DNA of 63,806 bases, counting the filler, from Licmophora abbreviata (taxonomy: Eukaryota): assembly GCA_900291995.1 (NCBI GenBank). It is 11 parts of 11 records of this genome, joined end to end, with 100 filler letters (N's around TTAATTAATTAA, not from the genome) between each part and the next. Parts side by side here need not be neighbours in the genome. Positions count along the whole stretch, not along the records: positions 55,329 to 62,674 come from OLMU01004183.1; positions 62,775 to 63,806 come from OLMU01004208.1; 9 more parts are not named here. One strand, 5' to 3'. The first letter of the stretch is position 1. Each line of letters begins with the position of its first letter. A model generated the notes under the pieces. It saw only the letters and a list, made by a program, of their open reading frames with translations, searched no databases and had not been told where the DNA came from. The translations under genes were made by a program, and so were the position numbers. Positions 57,599 to 63,806 of this stretch are shown one piece after another.

Positions 57599-58876
57599 AT
57601 GATAACCCTTTGGACGCCTGCTAGTGGGAGCGCGGACGAAAAGACTGCCCAGGCGGGGCAGCAACGATCCAGACGACGAAGAAAGCGCGGTCGTACCGGC
57701 TCCACGCCGTCATCAAGACTCTTTTCCGAATCGGTCCGGCCGCTTGTCGCATTGCTGCTTCCATCTTTGGTCCTCGTGACTATTGTACTGATAGTGACGT
57801 ACATCAAAGTCGAAACGACGGTCTCCTGGAATGATGAGAGAAACGGTGCTGAAAGTCGACTGGTCTCGCCACAGCAACTGCAGAGCACAACGTCGCAGTC
57901 GCGGTTGCGGGGAAGGCCATCCCAGGTCTCCGCCGGTGTGGACGCAGTACCGATATCCAACAGCGCCCCTCTGCATGATACTACTTTCCAGAAGAAAAGA
58001 CCTGTTTCGGCTACTCCTTCACACGTTATTCCGAATGTCCTAATTTTCACGCACCACTTGAACTTGCTGACGGCAAACACTGCTGAGCTCTCAGGGGAAG
58101 ACGCGGCCTTGCAACGGAACGTGCAAAACACCGTTCAGCTACACACCGGTACGGATCAGTACGGCACTCCAGAGGTTAGATTTCTGACAGACGAGGCCTG
58201 TGTCGAGTCGATACGAAATGTTTTGGGCGACGACACACCGTTGGTATCCTTCTTTCGCGCCGAATCTCATGGCATGTACAAGGCCGACGTCTGTCGCGGA
58301 GCCGCGCTCTATGAAAGTGGAGGTCTGTACTTTGATGTCGATATTCAACCCAGAATGAATATGTTTTCAGTTGTTGAGAAGAACACCACGTTTGTAACGT
58401 CCTTGGTGCATCGGCAGTCCAAGTACCCGCGCAACTTTTTTCAAGCATTCATGGGCTGCACGCCGCACAATCCGATACTGTTGCGTTATCTGGAGTTATT
58501 CTTGATGTACTATCAAGGCCATCTAGATATTCAAGGTCCTCTGGGAGTGTTACTACTGCGAAAGGCGCACGACGACGTCGTATTGACGAAGCATCATCAT
58601 CACAAGCACGGGACGAACAACACGGAGCGCCAATCTGTTGAATTGTGGCAGGAAGTCTTGTATTCACCCAAGCTGTTTCCAGATGTCCCGCCTCCAGCAT
58701 GGGGCACGCGACGGGCGTGTCATTTTGTCGTTGTGAGCAATCCGCAGACGAGACATCCCCCACTTGTCGTGCCACTGTACAGTCGGACAAGTGGCAGCCG
58801 CATGTGTGGGGCGAGTGAGAATGCAGCGAGTACGCATAATCAAGAGAAGCACGTCCACCATAGAAAGTCGAAATGA
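57599..58876 (+). CDS. Type II Golgi glycosyltransferase, GT32-like (DXD)
   Basis: TM LVALLLPSLVLVTIVLIVTYI; IPNVLIFT, KADVCRGAALYESGGLYFDVD, FFQAFMGCTPHNPIL, GPLG. Confidence 0.88.
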   Translation: MITLWTPASGSADEKTAQAGQQRSRRRRKRGRTGSTPSSRLFSESVRPLVALLLPSLVLVTIVLIVTYIKVETTVSWNDERNGAESRLVSPQQLQSTTSQSRLRGRPSQVSAGVDAVPISNSAPLHDTTFQKKRPVSATPSHVIPNVLIFTHHLNLLTANTAELSGEDAALQRNVQNTVQLHTGTDQYGTPEVRFLTDEACVESIRNVLGDDTPLVSFFRAESHGMYKADVCRGAALYESGGLYFDVDIQPRMNMFSVVEKNTTFVTSLVHRQSKYPRNFFQAFMGCTPHNPILLRYLELFLMYYQGHLDIQGPLGVLLLRKAHDDVVLTKHHHHKHGTNNTERQSVELWQEVLYSPKLFPDVPPPAWGTRRACHFVVVSNPQTRHPPLVVPLYSRTSGSRMCGASENAASTHNQEKHVHHRKSK

Positions 58877-58913
58877 TATCTCAAAGCTACACATGGATAA
58901 CGTGCCATGATTA

Positions 58914-59552
58914 CTATAATCCTTTCTGCATGAATCGATTGTATACGTCGTAGAGTGGCAGCAGACTAAGCATTGCGTAGAGTCCCGCCGTGTATACCGG
59001 CAAGGACTCGACGGCTGTTGACGATGATGGCGTGCTGCTCATCATGCTCGTTTTCATTCCCAGTATATATCCGCATGCCATTGCGAGTAAAGACGCCAGC
59101 AAGGCATAGAGAAAGGCCATGCCGCTTGAAATGCCGGCGACGCCCCCGGCCAGTCCCCCGCAAAGATTGTTGAGAGTCATGGGGAGTGCCAGAGACAGCC
59201 TCGAAGGGTACGACAGTGAAGAATCCGGTTTCTCTTGTTCGTCGGAATCACTGATTTACCTGCTACTAGTATATTCCACTATTGCCAAATACATGAACGC
59301 AAAGGATGAAAGCAGCGGCGCCAACCATCCAAGCCACGAATCGAGATGGGCAATGGTATTTCCCAGTACCGTAGAGACCCATGCGCCCCCAGCATTACAC
59401 AAGGCTATCACTGCGTTAGTCTGTATGAACCAGTACTTGTATTGGCGGCGAGAAACCATACTCTGCTTCTTATTTTGCATTTTTACTCCGAGCACCAAGC
59501 CGACCGCAAAATTATCGGTCGATGATGCCAGTGCCAACAAAAAGGCTTCCAT
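58914..59552 (-). CDS. MntP/YtaF-like (DUF204) membrane protein with an in-frame TAA at 59256-59258
   Basis: Repeat 1 LALASSTDNFAVGL and repeat 2 LALPMTLNNLCGGLAGG; six hydrophobic helices; both ORFs are in the same frame. Confidence 0.75.
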
Positions 59553-59991
59553 GTGCCGCTTCTGAGGCGTAAACAGAGATATGGAACACTAAGAGCTAGC
59601 TCAGAAGCAATAAGATTCTCTCGGGAGGATCAAAACACCGAGGAGACGCAAAAAATTGCCGTCGCTGCTCACTGCTCCCCATGGTCGACAGACGCAAACG
59701 CGCGCACGTTGAAATAAAGTTGAAGAAAAGGAACAGTCGAAGGAGTCGTCAGTCTCAGCTTTCTCTTTTTAGTCGAAGGAATCCACTCCCCAAATCGACG
59801 GAATGAATGGTGATGGCGTTGTGAACTGTAATCTAAACTCCAAACTTCCAGACTTCCAAACTGAAAATTCATGTGCCTTGGTTCACACTGCCGCCTTCCT
59901 GCTGTTTGTGCTCTTTGCTCTTCGCCACACAACACATTGTACACCGCTGCCTTGTTTTCCGCTGTAGATTTGTTTCGTTTCATCTTTCATC

Positions 59992-61757
59992 ATGCCGTGG
60001 GACGATTTCCAGGTCGACGGCTTGCTGAGCGACTCGCATACGGAGACGGCCACAAGTTTCGTCTTGTGCGCGGCTGCAGCAGCTGCCGTAGCGGCAATGT
60101 CGCTCCCGCTGTTACAGAGCGACGTCGTGTCGCGCAAGTTTCTGTTGGACCCCAAAAGGTTACAGGCCAGACGGCAGCGCTCCTACAAACTACAATGGAA
60201 ACAAGCATTGAATGAAGCGCGGAGTGACGCGAGAACAACCGAGAGTCTGGCCCTTTCTGAATTGGTTATGAAGCCCGATGAATTGACATCGCTTGTGCAG
60301 GAATGTTTGAAACGCCCTCCTCATCTCATTTCCATTCAGAAAGATAAAGAAGACCCGCGGGATGTGCAAGAGTACTTTCTGTATCTCTTGAGTTATGACG
60401 AGGACGAGAGTAGTAGATGGTCACGACTCTACCAAGTGCCGCTGATTGCCTTTGGTCACGCGCTGGCGGACGCCATGGAAGATCGACTCACGACGACCGC
60501 GTTGTGCTTCATTGCGGATGCGAGTTCGAATCAGGGCACCGAGCTGTTAGGGACCTGGCTGGAAGGATGCAAGGCTGGAGTGGTGAGCGTGTGGACTTTT
60601 TATAGTATTTCCCTTGTGGAGGAATCAATCGACCTTGTGTCACTCATTTCATCTTTCTCTGGCACGCTCGCTCGCAGTCTCTTGTTCGAGAACCCCTCTG
60701 GATGGCACTCTTGGCTGGTATTGCTGAAATGCAGATCTATTCTGACGACAAACTACAGCGCGTCCTATTTGGACTGTGTCGATTGGAGGCATGGCGTGTC
60801 GAGCAAGAGACACATAAGGAGAAGCTGCAATTATCCAATACGACCGTGCCGACTGCTACTGCCACTCAAGACAAGATTCGCACGGTGACATTTACGATTC
60901 CGGGACAAGCTTGTGTGCCGGCGCTGCTTCCATTGCTACAAGCTGCCTTTCCCTGTGAAAGGCACTTATTTGTCTACGATGGCTGCGTGAACAGCGTCGT
61001 GCGTGGAATGAGTACCTCAAATGTCCGTTCGGCAGATCCATATCGATTTGCCAGCCGGGTCCAGGCCACGACGCCTCTCACAAAGGTTCCACTCACAAAA
61101 TCAATCGCGGCTTTGTGTGGGCCTCTGTCGGCGTTGCCCATATCCATGGCGTCGATCGTCGAAACATGGATGACGTCGGTGGATGCATTCGTACGTATGA
61201 AGACAGACGAAGCGACCAATGAGTACTTGCCATTCGTGCTCAAGTTGAGCTTGTTGTTGGACGGATCATTAGATGGCCAGAAGAGTGATCGAAGGCTTGC
61301 GTTAACCAATGTCTTGCAGTTTGTGACGGGATCGCGATCGAGACCCATTCCAGAGGGTGTCATGGACGTCGCGGTGGAGATCTGGCGTGACCTTACCGAC
61401 AACAAGGCGTCAACAATGTGTTCCGTGTCACCCTCGCAGCGGAAGGCGATCGAAAACTGCGTATTTTTGCATCATGGAATATTGATTGAAAATAAGACGC
61501 TGATTGATACCGTCAAGCCGGCCAAGGAGTGGACTTTGAAGGCCGCCAAGAGGATTTCGGGATGTGCGTGCTGTGCTCCAGAAGACGAGGACGAGCAAGA
61601 GCAAATGGGGACGGCAGCCAACAACTTTCCTACCACTGAGGGTACATCCGTACAAAGAGTGCTTTCTATCGGAGGAGCCACTCAAACGAGAAGCAAGGGG
61701 CCGAAATATGTAGACGGAAAGATGGGATTCGCCTTTGATCCGACTCGATTCTCGTAA
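59992..61757 (+). CDS. Hypothetical protein, possibly a degenerate P-loop/sulfotransferase-like fold; intron ~60583-60678
   Basis: A GTGAGC...CAG intron joins the two long ORFs in frame (AGV|SLVREPLWM); hydrophobic N-terminal segment; GCACC motif. Confidence 0.7.
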
Positions 61758-61960
61758 TGCCGGGATGTGGACGGCGAGCGTGAATTTGTATGGATGCGAG
61801 CCGATTTTCATAGTGCGACTGTCATAATTGGAAGATTCATCGATAGAACCATTGCATCCTCTTGCTATGACTCGGAGTAGCTTACCACCGGTATTCGTAT
61901 CATATGGATATGGCTAAAGAAGTAGGAACATTGAGACATGACGATAGAGAAGACAGGAGA

Positions 61961-62513
61961 CTATACATATTCACCATCGTCGCCTTTCTTAGCCTCGCAT
62001 TCCTCCTGCTCCTCTACATGCGGTAGAACACAGCGGTGTACTAGGGCTCCGAGGACTAGCCAGCAACAAGTGGACGTGGCGCACCGCCGCCACGCACCAT
62101 CTCCGACCAAAACTCGTACGATGGAAGCCGCGCAAACCCCACCCACCACGGACCATAGCAAGAGTCGCAAGTGCAAAGCCGTCATATGCCGACTTGCCAT
62201 TTGCAGTCTGGCATCACAGTGCGTAGTCGTATGGGCATATACCGTGTACATGACGACTTGTCGTGTAATCCGAACCACGAAGACCATAAGGGCTGCGGCG
62301 ACCAAAGCCCAGGAGAGAGCAAAGAGCGCGTGCGTCTTGGGTACCGGACCATCTTGAAATCTAAGCGAGACCAGAGCTCCACGCTCGCTCGTCTGAACAA
62401 GACAGCCCGTGAGTAATCCAAGGAGGCTAGTGCACCCTATTCTAACTGACGAGTTTGAAATAGGTACTTGGACTATACGCGAAGTCGGAAGCATGGTGAT
62501 ATGGTGATGTGAT
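61961..62513 (-). CDS. Hypothetical small multi-pass membrane protein
   Basis: Four hydrophobic segments and an acidic C-terminal tail; start uncertain. Confidence 0.55.
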
Positions 62514-62674
62514 ATGCTCATGACGGAATTGAGGAGTCGACTTGCTTGAAGAATGGCAAGAAATAGTCTACTTCTTGATTGATACCTGCTTTGTGATGTG
62601 AGCAAGGAAAGACTCTCGTTGTGAGCGGCCTTTCCACTCTGTCGATTTACTTCGGTCCGTCGAGAGCCATCGTA

Positions 62675-62774
62675 NNNNNNNNNNNNNNNNNNNNNNNNNN
62701 NNNNNNNNNNNNNNNNNNTTAATTAATTAANNNNNNNNNNNNNNNNNNNNNNNNNNNNNNNNNNNNNNNNNNNN
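62675..62774. other. Artificial scaffold spacer
   Basis: N-linker-N. Confidence 0.99.
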
Positions 62775-63558
62775 CAACGCGAGTGAAGGCAGTAACGGTT
62801 ACCAAGTTGAAGAACAAGTCGGACAGTCCAATCGGCTGACGTTGCAAGGTCGTTGTCTGTCCTTCTTGTTTTGTGCCGAGTCCTGGCAATACTTTGGGAG
62901 CACGCCACAAGCCACCCTCGTACCAGTTCTGATCCCTCTGTTGCTCCAGCAAGTTCGTAGCCTTGCGTCGTTCGGTCTTGAGCTCATTGGCTAGCTTGAC
63001 CAGACTGGTGAAAAGCTTCCGCTTCGCAGTCTTTTCGACGTTGAGCTGCTCTTTGATTTCATTCATTTCTTTCTGTTTATCCGCGAGCATGAGAAGGGTT
63101 GAAGCTGTACTAGTAGTAGTCCGAGAAGGTGACGCGGGTTTTTTGGTAGGCGACGGTCGGGATGAACCAGAGCGGGGCAACGTCTCGTCCGTGTCGTCCG
63201 ATGCTGCGGATTGGGGAACACCCTTCTTATTCTTCGACGAGAAGGAGGACGTGAATGGAAAGAGATTGAGGGGGTTAGGTGATTTAAAAGAGATGAATCG
63301 ACTTTCCAAGCAGCAAGAGGAGCCTTGGTAGCCACAAACAAGGCGTGGTTCGGCGGTAGGATCAAGGTGAAAGTATGAGGGTTTCACTATGCTAATAAAT
63401 TCGCACTCACCTTTTCGGATTTTGATTTTGAGAAGAACATCGCTCACACGGGCTACTTTGCCTCTAGACAAAGCTTTGGTTTCTCTTTGGGATGTGACTG
63501 GAGGTCGAATGAGGCTGGTTCTGTCTCCTTTCTTCGTGAAATCCCTTCGCCGGTTCAC
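62775..63558 (-). CDS. Probable second LtrA-like protein with an N-terminal coiled coil, 3'-partial; start uncertain
   Basis: Coiled coil KEMNEIKEQLNVEKTAKRKLFTSLVKLANEL, then WRAPKVL and IGLSDLFFNLVTVTAF (LtrA 'ELFFDLVFV'-like). Confidence 0.55.
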
Positions 63559-63806
63559 TTTGGTGATGTCGCTCGTCGTGTGTCGCGCGTTGCGTTTGGG
63601 TCTCGTTCCGAATTTTCTGCGGGCTTTTGACTTCTACGTGGATTAAGTATTAACTATGTACCGGGATATGCTAGTCTTCATAGCATCTACCGATCATCCA
63701 AGACCATCTCATTCTTCACGTATATCGTATAACTTTTCTTCCCAACACTGTGGCGAGAGGTGCGCACTGCGAACCATGATGACGATTATGGCACAGTGAT
63801 AGCGTC

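Noticed and set aside
23049..58876. A cell-wall/glycosylation gene cluster (sulfotransferase, SIT, sugar transporter, GT41, GT32)
   Set aside because: The genes are spread over 35 kb, interleaved with housekeeping genes and several gaps, and these families are common in diatom genomes.

Overview
This is gene-dense eukaryotic nuclear DNA, almost certainly from a diatom: it has short GT-AG introns, a silicon transporter, a theta-type carbonic anhydrase and bipartite signal+F plastid presequences. The draft scaffold is broken by ten artificial 100-nt spacers (44 N + TTAATTAATTAA + 44 N), and several genes carry single-base homopolymer frameshifts that look like sequencing errors. About 35 protein genes are recognisable or likely. 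They include RPL30, a GIGYF-like protein, a plastid bestrophin, cyclophilin, two kinases, theta-CA, THUMP, MRPL3, NnrU-like, two LtrA-like, TVP38, a sulfotransferase, REP/GDI, MFS, SIT, METTL21-like, a nucleotide-sugar transporter, SOF1, GT41, DDM1/LSH, PDCD5, an RNA exonuclease, UTP5, GT32 and MntP-like. There is also a decayed tyrosine-recombinase retroelement region (51.5-55.2 kb) and a highly self-complementary non-coding segment (28.15-28.69 kb). The leads most worth following are: (i) a theta-CA whose domain is interrupted by what looks like a second lumen-targeting peptide (possibly a split enzyme), lying about 8 kb from a plastid bestrophin; (ii) a probably plastid-targeted protein made of six CysRS-anticodon-domain-like repeats plus a SAP domain; (iii) a GT41/OGT-family enzyme with a signal peptide and a C-terminal xxEL; (iv) a SIT with an N-terminal tail carrying endomembrane-sorting-like motifs; (v) an MntP-like gene with one in-frame TAA. 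All family assignments come from motif recognition by eye; no database search was run.
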